Sequence record: OM456492.1
DNA: 64,000 nt
Direction: 5' to 3' (one strand)
Part shown: positions 26,356 to 36,040 of the stretch, in pieces
Numbering within the stretch: position 1 is the stretch's first letter
Layout of the letters: every line of letters starts with the position of its first letter
Position numbers and translations under genes: made by a program
Notes under the pieces: generated by a model
Told to the model about the DNA's origin: nothing
The model's input: the letters and a program-made list of their open reading frames with translations, nothing else
The model's database searches: none

Positions 26356-28032
26356 TTAGTACAACACAGGTGCAGTTTTCTCACCATTGCTCAGAAGCAG
26401 GTAGGTGTGCTGCGGCAGCTGCATTAACACAATTGCATGTGGTACGTTTTCCTGTACTGCTTCGTAGATAGACACAACAGGGTCTGCGGTATTGCCCAGA
26501 GACGCTACCGTAACTACGTCATGTTTATCAACAGAATGGTACATGCCCGGAATCACGATGGTGAACTGGCTCTGAATCAGATTAACCACCTTGCCTGAAT
26601 CGCTCAGCTTGATAGTCAGTTTGCGCAGAGAGTTCGCTACCATCAGGAACAGGTCACGGAACCAGTCTTCATGTTCACTTACACCGTTGTCGCCAGCGGT
26701 TGCAGTGAACAGATCTTTTACGAAGAAATCAATATCGCTGATTTTCCGTTCGAAATCGATAGCGTTGAACTTCGGCACATCTTTACCACGCTTAGTGCCC
26801 AGCGATAACGCATTGTGTACTAGGAACGTGATGTTTGCCAGATATGCATTAGCAAAGCGAGAAATCTCACTGATAACCACTTCTGCTTCACTGCTGTTCG
26901 CAATCGCATATTCGTGCAGCTCTTTCGTGTTCTTACGCAGTTCATCGATCGTACGTTTCACCTTAGCCATGATAGTTTCAACATCTTCTACCAACGCCAG
27001 GTTGTCGAGATCGGATTTCAGTGCGTCGTGCTTAGCAACAAATTGTTTCATACGCTCGCACATATCAGTGTTAACACCGACCAAATACGCGCGATAACTA
27101 TCCCGTGCACGCACAATCAGGTCAGCTCCGTCGTAGAAAACAACCTCTTCATTACCGTTAAAGATATCTTGCAACGGTGTAGCCCAATCACGCGTTTCCG
27201 CGTAAACAGATTGCTTAATGCGACTGTTAGCTTCCTTCGCTGGAATCGACATTTTAAGCTCGGGGGTTTTCAGCTCGTGAAGTGCGTAGTCTTCCATCAA
27301 ATCAATCTCCTGCAGAATGTTGTTAATTGGGCTATTGGTAGTGTCCTTCTCGGTTTCTTCTGTTGCGCCGAGTGGAGAAAGCACCGGGTTATTAACTGTA
27401 GCATTAGACACCGGCATTGGTTGTACAGGCACCGTTGCTGGTTCAGGCTGGGGCTGTTGTGCTGGGGCTGGGACTACTTGCGCCGGTTGTGGGTTCAGGA
27501 TAGGATCACTAACCAGGTTAAGACCTGCACCGCCAGCAATCACGGTTAGTGCCGCATCTGTGTTACCAATCTTAACACCACCAGATGGCGCAGAAGACAT
27601 GGTCAGGCCATCAGTAACACGGACACCGCCAGAACTGTTACCGCCCAGTAACCCACCTGCGTTGCTACCACCACCTAAACTACCACTGCCACCCAAACCG
27701 CCGGACTGCTGAGAACGAATTTCGGCAAGAATCTTACCGACTTGTTCCCAAGCATTAACCAGTTTGGTGTGACGATCGTCGTTATACGCGTCGCCTGCGT
27801 TATGCACCTGCTGATAGGCAGCTGCTTTATACGCGTCGACCGCATATGCGATAACCTGTGCTTCACTACCCCCCTTGGATGCTGCCCATGCCGCAACATA
27901 CGTCGCAATCTTTAACGCCTGATCTGGCGGAATGCTACGGCTGCGCATCACGTTATTCAGCTGCGACAGCACCGCATCCTGATCGAGGTGTTTAACGATG
28001 ACGTTTTTGATTTGTTCAACAGTAATGCTCAT
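26356..28032 (-). CDS. Conserved hypothetical protein with Gly/Ser and Pro/Gln low-complexity linker
   Basis: 558 aa, SD AAGGAG; follows the RNAP subunit gene. Confidence 0.85.
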   Translation of the reverse strand: MSITVEQIKNVIVKHLDQDAVLSQLNNVMRSRSIPPDQALKIATYVAAWAASKGGSEAQVIAYAVDAYKAAAYQQVHNAGDAYNDDRHTKLVNAWEQVGKILAEIRSQQSGGLGGSGSLGGGSNAGGLLGGNSSGGVRVTDGLTMSSAPSGGVKIGNTDAALTVIAGGAGLNLVSDPILNPQPAQVVPAPAQQPQPEPATVPVQPMPVSNATVNNPVLSPLGATEETEKDTTNSPINNILQEIDLMEDYALHELKTPELKMSIPAKEANSRIKQSVYAETRDWATPLQDIFNGNEEVVFYDGADLIVRARDSYRAYLVGVNTDMCERMKQFVAKHDALKSDLDNLALVEDVETIMAKVKRTIDELRKNTKELHEYAIANSSEAEVVISEISRFANAYLANITFLVHNALSLGTKRGKDVPKFNAIDFERKISDIDFFVKDLFTATAGDNGVSEHEDWFRDLFLMVANSLRKLTIKLSDSGKVVNLIQSQFTIVIPGMYHSVDKHDVVTVASLGNTADPVVSIYEAVQENVPHAIVLMQLPQHTYLLLSNGEKTAPVLY

Positions 28033-28063
28033 TGTAAATAATACTCCTTAAGAGATGTAATAA

Positions 28064-29842
28064 TTAGCGGCCGATTTTAGCAATGTCTTCTTCGGTCGGT
28101 CTGATGTACGGGTCCAGTTTAGGGTTCCGCATCATTACCAAACTTGGGTTGGTCTTCATGTACGGGTTGAGGATGTTTGCCTTAAACGGTGCCGACTTAG
28201 GAATATAGTAGACGTTACCACATTCCAGATGCGACGCAGATGCGTGCTTAGTACGGTCGTTCAAGTTAACGGTCTTGCCTCCTTTCTTCGAACGCTTAGC
28301 ATCGGTTTCGGTTTGACCGATGGCGTGCGTAGACACTGCCAATACCATTGATTCTGTAGAGGCGTTGAAGAAACTGATACCGCCGTTGCTCGTAATGGTG
28401 CGCATCACCAGATTGAGCACGATCTGTTTGTTCAGTGCGTCTCGAATAGACTTCGCCGCTGTCTCTGGAGTCCGATGTTCCAACTGCCCCAGCTTCCAAC
28501 GTATTTTCGAGATCGTTGTGGTAAAGCCACGTTGACCCAACAACAGGTAATCGGTTACCGTAAGACGTTTTCCGTACATAGACGGAATATCATCTTGCTT
28601 GGTAAGTCGAGTGCGTACCATCAGCTGCGTGGTATACCAGAGGAAATCAAACATATCCAAATCATCAGGGATGGACGGATCATTTGCCATCAGCTCACCA
28701 CGGAAGGTGCTGTTGACATAGCGTTCACATTCCTGGAAGTGGCTGTCCATACTGCGACTCAGTTCGATATCCGAAGGCTTCAGTCCGCGAATACTGCGGC
28801 CCAACACTTCACGCCAGGAGGCTGCAGAGTTGAGGTTTGCAATATCTTCGTCCATTGCCATTTCATTAATCTGTGTAAACAGCCCCGGTAATGTTGGCGC
28901 ACGACCGTTCTTACTGTTCTGTTTACCTGCGTAGTAGTGCGCTGCTTTGAAGAATGCGGCAGTCGCTACCAGCAACAGATGTTCGTTTTGATCCCAACGC
29001 CCTGCATCGGTGTTAGGCATATCTTCACGTTTAACCAACAGCACGTACTGGATGGTCTTCGCGAGTTGTGGCTCACCAGATTGAATCACCACATACTTCG
29101 TTAAGTCCACATCACGTACTTTAATTGCTGGCCAAATCGCCACATCAACGCCCGCATAACGCTTCACGGCTTGTTTAAAGCCATAACGCCCAAAGAGCCA
29201 ATACATCAGTGGCTTCTCATCTGTGTCGTGTCCAATCTGTCCAGTTGAGACAAACAGATTCGATGTACCTGGCAAGAACAGCTGCTCAGGGCGACCATTC
29301 ACCAGAATCTTCGTTGGTTTCTTACAGAACTTGATAGACACCTTGCGAGTGAAGTCAAAGTTAATAAAGATACCGCCGTGCTCACGACATATACCAGGTT
29401 GATGGATTACAGGTGCTACGTGGTACGTTGTACCATAGTAGTTCATTAAGCCGCCACGACGAATAAACGGCAGGCTCATTGGTCGTTGCACCGGGCGAGG
29501 ATCACCTGGAACTCGGAACGAGGCCATTACCATATACGTGTCAGTGGATGAGATGTTAATAATTGACCGGCCACGATTATTTCGTGAATTGTTATCCGAC
29601 TTCGATAACTTAAAGATAAAAGCTTCAAACGGCGACATTTGGCGACAACCTAATACCGTTAACCCTTCTGGTAATTTCGGGTTATCGATTTCATCATACG
29701 TCAACTCGCGACGTAGAATGGTTGCCACACGATCATGTATCCCGTCTTTAGCTTGTGTGTACCCAACTCCTTCTGCAATTGCACGATTAAAAGGCACTAT
29801 TTCGCCTGCCTCTTTAATCTTCCTAATCGCATCTTTAAACAC
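28064..29842 (-). CDS. Non-virion RNA polymerase beta-like subunit, N-terminal part (phiKZ gp123-type)
   Basis: MSLPFIRRGGLMNYYGTTYHVAPVI resembles beta PLMTxxGTFIINGxERVIVSQL; position after the MCP block; GTG start with GGAGG. Confidence 0.8.
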   Translation of the reverse strand: MFKDAIRKIKEAGEIVPFNRAIAEGVGYTQAKDGIHDRVATILRRELTYDEIDNPKLPEGLTVLGCRQMSPFEAFIFKLSKSDNNSRNNRGRSIINISSTDTYMVMASFRVPGDPRPVQRPMSLPFIRRGGLMNYYGTTYHVAPVIHQPGICREHGGIFINFDFTRKVSIKFCKKPTKILVNGRPEQLFLPGTSNLFVSTGQIGHDTDEKPLMYWLFGRYGFKQAVKRYAGVDVAIWPAIKVRDVDLTKYVVIQSGEPQLAKTIQYVLLVKREDMPNTDAGRWDQNEHLLLVATAAFFKAAHYYAGKQNSKNGRAPTLPGLFTQINEMAMDEDIANLNSAASWREVLGRSIRGLKPSDIELSRSMDSHFQECERYVNSTFRGELMANDPSIPDDLDMFDFLWYTTQLMVRTRLTKQDDIPSMYGKRLTVTDYLLLGQRGFTTTISKIRWKLGQLEHRTPETAAKSIRDALNKQIVLNLVMRTITSNGGISFFNASTESMVLAVSTHAIGQTETDAKRSKKGGKTVNLNDRTKHASASHLECGNVYYIPKSAPFKANILNPYMKTNPSLVMMRNPKLDPYIRPTEEDIAKIGR

Positions 29843-29853
29843 ACCGGCCTCCC

Positions 29854-30858
29854 TCAGAGAATCATCCCAACGAGTGCTACCCCTGCAGCCAAATACGCGG
29901 GAATGGATTTCAAGAACTCCGAGCTATCTTTTCGCTGATAGGCTCGGGACTCGTATTGGTCTTTACGAACATCGGAACGCAACTTAAGCTCATTCGTCTG
30001 GATTGTGTTAAGGGTGTTAATCCTCTCCTTCTCCAGCGCCAGATTATTAAGTTGTGTACGATAATCGAGGTCTTGCCGATTCTTTTTCTCATCGAGATCT
30101 TGCAACTTGGCCTGATACGTGGCTTCCAGCTTCGCACGAACATCTCGCAACTCTGGAATGTTATCGAGCCACCGATAACGCCTCGCTTCATCTTCAGATG
30201 CAAACGCCCGGAACGGGGACATCGGGTCATCGAAAGAGTACATTATCATTTTACCCCCTTCGACACACTCCGCACCACCGATTACCATGTATATACCCTC
30301 GTCGTAATACTTCGATCGAATCGGTTCGACTTCCAACATCGTTGTATAGAACCTCAGCCACTTTAAAGGTGCTGGGTCTTCGTACTTCTGCACAACTACC
30401 ACGCCCAAGGCAAATTCTTTACGATCCCCTCCCGGCTTACCAATAACCTCAGAATCGAGTTTTACTGGTTGGGTAGAGAAAGCCATTCCTAGCTTCTTCA
30501 ACACCACCAAGTCGCCACGCATTAACGCACCGATATCATCAACTACATACATCAGCGTTGTTTCGCCGTTCGTAGTTAATTCCTTACATATCTGCGCATA
30601 CTGCTTTGGCGAATGTGCGTCGCGCAAACCAGATAGGTTAGCACCGTTCGCAAACACCGTATAGGTCACGTAAATCACAATCCCAAATTCCGCCGCTGTG
30701 GTGGACGACGGGGCTAAAACAAAATGCCCGCCACTGAGTTCAGTGACGTAAATGGGAAACCCGGTATTATTTTCGTACGTGATAGTCTTCGACACGGCAC
30801 CACGGTGCATGGGCCGCTGGGTTAGCGTTGGCTGAACGTCTAAATCATAACGGTTCAT
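29854..30858 (-). CDS. Conserved protein with C-terminal coiled coil and hydrophobic anchor
   Basis: Heptad-rich C-terminal region ending AYLAAGVALVGMIL; start moved to MNRYDL. Confidence 0.75.
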   Translation of the reverse strand: MNRYDLDVQPTLTQRPMHRGAVSKTITYENNTGFPIYVTELSGGHFVLAPSSTTAAEFGIVIYVTYTVFANGANLSGLRDAHSPKQYAQICKELTTNGETTLMYVVDDIGALMRGDLVVLKKLGMAFSTQPVKLDSEVIGKPGGDRKEFALGVVVVQKYEDPAPLKWLRFYTTMLEVEPIRSKYYDEGIYMVIGGAECVEGGKMIMYSFDDPMSPFRAFASEDEARRYRWLDNIPELRDVRAKLEATYQAKLQDLDEKKNRQDLDYRTQLNNLALEKERINTLNTIQTNELKLRSDVRKDQYESRAYQRKDSSEFLKSIPAYLAAGVALVGMIL

Positions 30859-30894
30859 TGAGCATCCCAGTAATAATACCAAAAGAATTATTCA

Positions 30895-30918
30895 CGTAGA
30901 TAATATCTATCTCAGATT
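30895..30918 (-). promoter_or_regulatory. Class B promoter-like motif
   Basis: Minus strand AATCTGAGATAGATATTATCTACG; contains the palindrome AGATAATATCT (30898-30908). Confidence 0.7.
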
Positions 30919-31114
30919 ACTTTGGGCACGGGTTCATACCCAGTGCCCGTAACGTAAAAAACTTTAGGGTATTAGACGTCTGGCTATCTACAGGAACGTC
31001 AGCATCGCCCCCGAAACTTGTGGCCCACGAGTTATCCCTGTGCGTACGAACCATAAATCCAGCACCGTCAAACATTGGTGCGGACAGTTTTGATTTCTCT
31101 AAAACGATATCCAT
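30917..31114 (-). CDS. Small hypothetical protein
   Basis: 65 aa, SD AAGGAG, class B motif upstream. Confidence 0.75.
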   Translation of the reverse strand: MDIVLEKSKLSAPMFDGAGFMVRTHRDNSWATSFGGDADVPVDSQTSNTLKFFTLRALGMNPCPK

Positions 31115-31151
31115 TACTGTCTCCTTAAGTTAAAACCGAATGACTCTCTCC

Positions 31152-31175
31152 CTAAGATAATATCTATCTATAATT
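31152..31175 (-). promoter_or_regulatory. Class B promoter-like motif
   Basis: Minus strand AATTATAGATAGATATTATCTTAG; palindrome AGATAATATCT at 31155-31165. Confidence 0.7.
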
Positions 31176-31196
31176 TTTTAGAAAAAAAAAAGAAAA

Positions 31197-31222
31197 AGCT
31201 TACTCCCCGAAGGGAGTAAGCT
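31197..31222 (-). terminator. Intrinsic terminator after the MCP gene, cUUCGg loop
   Basis: AGCTTACTCCC-CGAA-GGGAGTAAGCT plus a long T tract on the minus strand. Confidence 0.92.
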
Positions 31223-31252
31223 AATCTTAGGCAACGTAATCCTTACGGATTA

Positions 31253-33553
31253 TTAGCCGCCAGCGCCTTCACCGCCAACACCTGGCTGGGCAGCGCCGCC
31301 ACCAACATCACCAGCATTACCACCGTCAGTACCGCCGGTACCGTTGGAAGTAGTAGTGACGTTGAACGCCAGTTTCTCTTCCACGAACTTGGTGATACCT
31401 TTAATCCAGATCAGACCAGTGATCGGGCAGTGGCAGATGTGCGCGTTACGAGGCTGTACTGCCAGCTCTTTGCTGGTAGCGCCGTTACGCTGGATGTTGA
31501 TGTTGGTTACCATGATCGGAGACCAGAAGTGGTTACCCCAGTTCAGAACACAGTAAGAACCATCATCAGCGGTTGGAACTTTCAGAACCCACTGCAGGCG
31601 GCGAGTCCAGCTGCCGTCAGCTTCGTTCTTCACACGCCAGCGGTCATCGTTGGTGGTGATAACTTCGTACTCGTAGCGATCGCCCAGCAGACGCTGGTCG
31701 CCCTGAACCAGCAGCAGCATTGCAGCAGTCGGTTCGTCAGTTGCGATAACAACTTTCGGCAGTGCGTTCGGGTCCGCAGTCAGCAGGCGCAGAGCCGGCA
31801 TGAAGCGAGAGTCCTGGATAGCGCGAGTTACCTGGTCACCGATACGCTGTACCAGACCCTGACGGGCGTTGATGAGCGCATCTTTGGTATCCAGAGACTG
31901 GATCACTTTGTCCACTTCGTAGTCGCTTTCGCTGTACCACGGAGCAACCCAGTGACGGCCCAGACCGCGGATAGCAGGTTTGTCCCACGGAGTGATCATG
32001 GACGCAGCTGCGTTCTTAACCGCTTCGGTGTAGGACAGAGTCTGAGTGATAGCCAGCATTTCGTTACGGATGTTAACCGCAGAAACGAGGTCGTCCAGAC
32101 GTTCGGTGTCGTCGTATTCAACGCCAACCGGAGATTTGGTCATGATCGGAGAACCGTACTGCAGTTTGTAGTTCTCTTGTTCCCAAATCGGGTCGAGCAG
32201 AAGGCCCTGGGTTCTCCGGTTCTCGTTGGTACGAGTACCGTCGAAGCGCCAGCCCAGCAGCTCCAGTTTCAGGTTGTCGATGATGACTTTGCCGGTGCCG
32301 CTTTCGATATCAACAGCAGTACCAGTTGCATCGTACAGACCTTCGATTTCCAGAGACGGTGCAGTCACGTCAACACGACCAGAGAACTGACCGTTGGTGA
32401 ACAGAGACATGCTGATGTTCATGGAATAACGAATGGTGTAATCGTTCTGTGCCAGAGCGGCCAGTGCCGGGATTTCAGCACCTTTCCAGTCCAGAGACTT
32501 GGCGTTCAGGGAGAACACAGTGCGACGGAACTGCAGGACCAGCTCACGGCCATCACCTTCAGGAGGACGCTGGAAGGTAGCGAACTGCATGTCGCGTACG
32601 TTCAGTTTGATCAGCGCACCATCTTTCGCTTCTTCGGTCGGCTTACGCACAGACAGCAGCAGGCTACCCAGCGCTGCACCCGGTGCGATTTCGTCGGTTT
32701 CATCGTAACCTTCCTGCACGATACCCGGATGGGCAGACAGCTGGAACAGGTTCAGACGACGCTCAGAGAAGCTCAGGTAGTTGGTCGGATACGCCGGCAC
32801 ACGACCCAGCTGAACGTTTTCGTTTTCGATGATGTCTTCGGATACGAAGAACTTCGCGTTCTCACCGGTTTCCATCACGTAAGGAACGATACGGATAGCA
32901 TCGTCCTGCAGGACTTTGTGGTTAGACAGCGCGTTATGCAGCGGCTGACGGTTGTCTTCAACCACGTCTTTGGTCAGCAGCGCGTTCAGGATACCACGAG
33001 TTACAGTGGTAACTTTGGTACGAACGGTGATGCCGACGTCGTTGGTGTCCACAGTGATGGTCGGGAACAGGGTTTCTGCAAACTTGGATTGAGTTTCCAG
33101 AGCACGCACGTTCAGCGTCCAGGTCAGACCCAGGTTTTTGTCCAGGTCTTTGTTGGTGTAGTATTCGGTTGCGACCAGCGGAGTTTTACCGTAGTCAGCA
33201 GCCAGAGATGCTGCACCAGAAATAGCGATCGGCATATAGCTGGCGTATTCCGGCTTCGCGCTTTCAGCAGCAACACGGGTCATGAAGTCATCTTCGTGAC
33301 CGGCAGCAGCCAGAATCATCGCAGAAGCAACCTGAGCAGCGTGGCTCATGGTTTTGCCAGGGTTTACAGCTTCGTAGTGCTGCTGAGCAGTGTCACGCAG
33401 GTTGGTGAAGCCGGCAGCATTTTTACGTACAGATTCGCCAACGGCTACGGTTTGCCATACGTCATTAGCGGAAGAGCCTGCCTTGGCAGCAGCGACCAGA
33501 GCATTGCCCTGCTGAACCAGCTGGTCCAGACTAGCGATACGGGTATCTTTCAT
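31253..33553 (-). CDS. Major capsid protein
   Basis: 766 aa, extreme high-expression codon bias, N-terminal propeptide with AVGES/AAES/ATE sites, position between the helicase and RNAP subunit genes as in phiKZ-like phages. Confidence 0.92.
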   Translation of the reverse strand: MKDTRIASLDQLVQQGNALVAAAKAGSSANDVWQTVAVGESVRKNAAGFTNLRDTAQQHYEAVNPGKTMSHAAQVASAMILAAAGHEDDFMTRVAAESAKPEYASYMPIAISGAASLAADYGKTPLVATEYYTNKDLDKNLGLTWTLNVRALETQSKFAETLFPTITVDTNDVGITVRTKVTTVTRGILNALLTKDVVEDNRQPLHNALSNHKVLQDDAIRIVPYVMETGENAKFFVSEDIIENENVQLGRVPAYPTNYLSFSERRLNLFQLSAHPGIVQEGYDETDEIAPGAALGSLLLSVRKPTEEAKDGALIKLNVRDMQFATFQRPPEGDGRELVLQFRRTVFSLNAKSLDWKGAEIPALAALAQNDYTIRYSMNISMSLFTNGQFSGRVDVTAPSLEIEGLYDATGTAVDIESGTGKVIIDNLKLELLGWRFDGTRTNENRRTQGLLLDPIWEQENYKLQYGSPIMTKSPVGVEYDDTERLDDLVSAVNIRNEMLAITQTLSYTEAVKNAAASMITPWDKPAIRGLGRHWVAPWYSESDYEVDKVIQSLDTKDALINARQGLVQRIGDQVTRAIQDSRFMPALRLLTADPNALPKVVIATDEPTAAMLLLVQGDQRLLGDRYEYEVITTNDDRWRVKNEADGSWTRRLQWVLKVPTADDGSYCVLNWGNHFWSPIMVTNINIQRNGATSKELAVQPRNAHICHCPITGLIWIKGITKFVEEKLAFNVTTTSNGTGGTDGGNAGDVGGGAAQPGVGGEGAGG

Positions 33554-33565
33554 TTCAAGTTTACC

Positions 33566-34090
33566 TTATTTAGATAAATGACATGCGTACAACTGCGTCA
33601 GCACTTCGTGCGCAGCAAACTGCGTCGACGTACTGAACGTATCATCCACGACACGAGTCTTGGGACGCATATATTTAAAAAGTTCTGCGCAGAACATCTT
33701 TTTCGCAGCGTGGTCTTCACTTAAAGAAAAACCCGGTCCGGATTTAGCTTCTGCAAAAGACGCCACAACAACATCGCCACGTTGTGAGAACACCCAACGT
33801 AAACGACCGTCGAATGATTCCCCATATAAATCAGCAAGGGTTTCATTCGTACCTTTCTCAACCAGGTTTAAGACCTGGTCATAATAAAGAGTCGGAAGTG
33901 CAGGTGGTGCCATAATCGATTTATAAATCGAAATAGGGTCACTCACTGGCAGTATGATGGAACTAAAGCCCGACGAGCAGTCATATAACCAGTTAAAGAA
34001 GCTTGCTTGGAGTTCCTCCAACTTTTTAACGCCAGCCCCTTTATCTATGTTAGATTGAACTTCCCACGGTGGACTAAAACGAATTTGCAT
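33566..34090 (-). CDS. Conserved (probably virion) protein upstream of MCP
   Basis: Start moved to MQIRFSPP (SD GGAG). Confidence 0.75.
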   Translation of the reverse strand: MQIRFSPPWEVQSNIDKGAGVKKLEELQASFFNWLYDCSSGFSSIILPVSDPISIYKSIMAPPALPTLYYDQVLNLVEKGTNETLADLYGESFDGRLRWVFSQRGDVVVASFAEAKSGPGFSLSEDHAAKKMFCAELFKYMRPKTRVVDDTFSTSTQFAAHEVLTQLYACHLSK

Positions 34091-34104
34091 TTTAAGGATG
34101 CTCC

Positions 34105-35667
34105 ATGAATAGTAAAATGATGTTGATAACCGCCTTAGCCGCACTGTATACAGAATCTATGCTGACGGACCCTAGCAAGGATCATGATGTCATAAGAAAA
34201 GTTCTGATGCAGATCAAGCTTCCGGAATATGCGGAAGATGGCGAAGAGCGCTTTGCACTCATCGAGATCAAGGACATTATCACATCTATCATAGACGGCG
34301 GCATGGAATACGACCACGCGAGCGTTATGAAGCGCTTGAAGCTGGCCACCACTCAAGTACGTCCTCTATACGATACGATTACCAAATTCCTCGAAGACGA
34401 TTTGCCCGAGGAAGAAGACAAACGTACCGAGCATCTTAATCGACAACTGTCTCAATATTATTTCCAATTACGTCAATGTTTACAGAGCGTCGAACTCAAA
34501 ACAAAAATGGGTCGCGCGTTCGGAGCATTGAATGGAACTGAGACACGTGTTGATCTGAACACCGCAGTGCTCGAACTCAAAGAGGCGCTATCTACGTTCG
34601 GTGAACGCTCTCATAATAAGATTCCATCATTGGTCGGTGAGCTGGTTACAGATAATCGGGCTCCGTTTGTTAAAGTGTTCGACTCGATTAACAAGAAAGC
34701 TGCAGGTAATGGTTTGCAGACGGGCTGGAAAGCCATTAACCAAATGCTCGGTTGTAACAAAGGGATTACCGAAGAACTGTGGCTAATGCCAGCGTTACCT
34801 TTTAACTGTAAATCTTTGTTCAGTCTCTTGCTGAGCCTATCGATTCCTATCTTCAACACGCCTGAGAAAGTAATGGCGGATGTGAAGGGCACACTGCAAC
34901 CAATTATTCTTGACTTGAGTTTAGAAAACGAACTCGACGTTAACTTAGCTTACGGCTATCAAGCTCTGTACGGTCATTTTGAAGGACAAGTTCCACAGAT
35001 GACCATTTCGCAGGATGCAACCGCTGAAGAGAAGTTAGCACACACAACAGCAATGTCTGATTACCTCTGTGGTAAGATTCGCGCAAACGGTTGGGACTAC
35101 GTTTTCCAAAAGCACACCAACTCCGATTTTAAAGTGCACTACATCAACGACCTTATTCTCGACTTACGTCGTCGTGGTTATCATGTTGTTGGCATTCGCG
35201 CAGACTACTTAGGCACAATCAGCAAAGCAGGACACGGCAACGGTATTGCCGGGAGTGATATCAAAGAAATTTATCGTATTGCTCGTAACATTCAAGTGGT
35301 ACGCAACCGTGGGTTCTTAATTGCCCCACACCAGATTTCCCCAGAAGGTAAGCGCTTAAAAGCGTTAGACCCGGTAGGCTTCTGTAAGAACTTACCTGGT
35401 CGTGGTCTTTACGATAGTTGTTCGAGCCTTGATAACGAGGCCGATGGTGAAATGTATTTTAACAAGCGTGTGGTCAACGGCCATAGCTTCTTAGAAGTTC
35501 AACGCGGTAAACACCGCACCATTATCGATACTAAAGAGTCTTATCACTACACAGTGATACCTTTCCAGGATGTAGGCATCCTGCCTTGGGATTGTGATAA
35601 AGAAGAAACCGTAACAGCGTCGTCTATCAACTTCTTCACCGGTGGAATGGGTGATGATTTGTTCTAA
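34105..35667 (+). CDS. dnaB: DnaB-like replicative helicase
   Basis: SF4 motifs: ALPFNCKS (H1 position), ILDLSLEN (H1a), IRADYLG (H2), APHQIS (H3), SLDNEAD and RGKHR (H4). Confidence 0.88.
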   Translation: MNSKMMLITALAALYTESMLTDPSKDHDVIRKVLMQIKLPEYAEDGEERFALIEIKDIITSIIDGGMEYDHASVMKRLKLATTQVRPLYDTITKFLEDDLPEEEDKRTEHLNRQLSQYYFQLRQCLQSVELKTKMGRAFGALNGTETRVDLNTAVLELKEALSTFGERSHNKIPSLVGELVTDNRAPFVKVFDSINKKAAGNGLQTGWKAINQMLGCNKGITEELWLMPALPFNCKSLFSLLLSLSIPIFNTPEKVMADVKGTLQPIILDLSLENELDVNLAYGYQALYGHFEGQVPQMTISQDATAEEKLAHTTAMSDYLCGKIRANGWDYVFQKHTNSDFKVHYINDLILDLRRRGYHVVGIRADYLGTISKAGHGNGIAGSDIKEIYRIARNIQVVRNRGFLIAPHQISPEGKRLKALDPVGFCKNLPGRGLYDSCSSLDNEADGEMYFNKRVVNGHSFLEVQRGKHRTIIDTKESYHYTVIPFQDVGILPWDCDKEETVTASSINFFTGGMGDDLF

Positions 35668-35675
35668 CGAACACT

Positions 35676-35693
35676 GGGGAGCTTAGGCTCCCC
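35676..35693 (+). terminator. Hairpin after the helicase stop (weak U tract)
   Basis: GGGGAGC-TTAG-GCTCCCC. Confidence 0.55.
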
Positions 35694-35810
35694 TACGGGC
35701 AGTTTATGCGTCCTGCCGAGATCAAAAAAAATACGACGAACTATTTATATGCGTGGAATTACCCGAGTGTTCTAGCACTCGGGTATAATTATTCCAGGCA
35801 AATATTCCTG

Positions 35811-35957
35811 TTATCTCTTGTTGAGTATTATCTCACCTCCTAGTCCTTTAATGGTACGGGTGGAAGTCTGCGGTTGGCGGGTAACCTCTTGCAGACGTTG
35901 TTGAAAAGCGACTTGTTTCAGCTGTTGCTGACGCAGTTGTTGCATAAAGGTATTCAT
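35811..35957 (-). CDS. Small Gln-rich peptide (48 aa, MNTFMQQLRQQQLKQVAFQQRLQEVTRQPQTSTRTIKGLGGEIILNKR)
   Basis: Manually translated; SD GAGG 5 nt before ATG; below the ORF-track cutoff. Confidence 0.65.
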   Translation of the reverse strand: MNTFMQQLRQQQLKQVAFQQRLQEVTRQPQTSTRTIKGLGGEIILNKR

Positions 35958-35983
35958 GTTAACCTCTAGGTGGATGTGAATAA

Positions 35984-36005
35984 GCTCTCTCCTTCGGGAG
36001 AGAGC
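35984..36005 (+). terminator. Plus-strand intrinsic terminator, cUUCGg loop
   Basis: GCTCTCTCC-TTCG-GGAGAGAGC followed by TTTTATTTTCTTTT on the + strand. Confidence 0.8.
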
Positions 36006-36040
36006 GCCTTTTATTTTCTTTTCGGAAAATAAATATAAAG

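Noticed and set aside
31430-33577. 715-aa plus-strand ORF antisense to the major capsid gene
   Set aside because: Same codon register as the MCP (offset 177 nt). It is open only because the highly expressed MCP avoids TTA/CTA/TCA codons. No SD, and the protein is unnatural.
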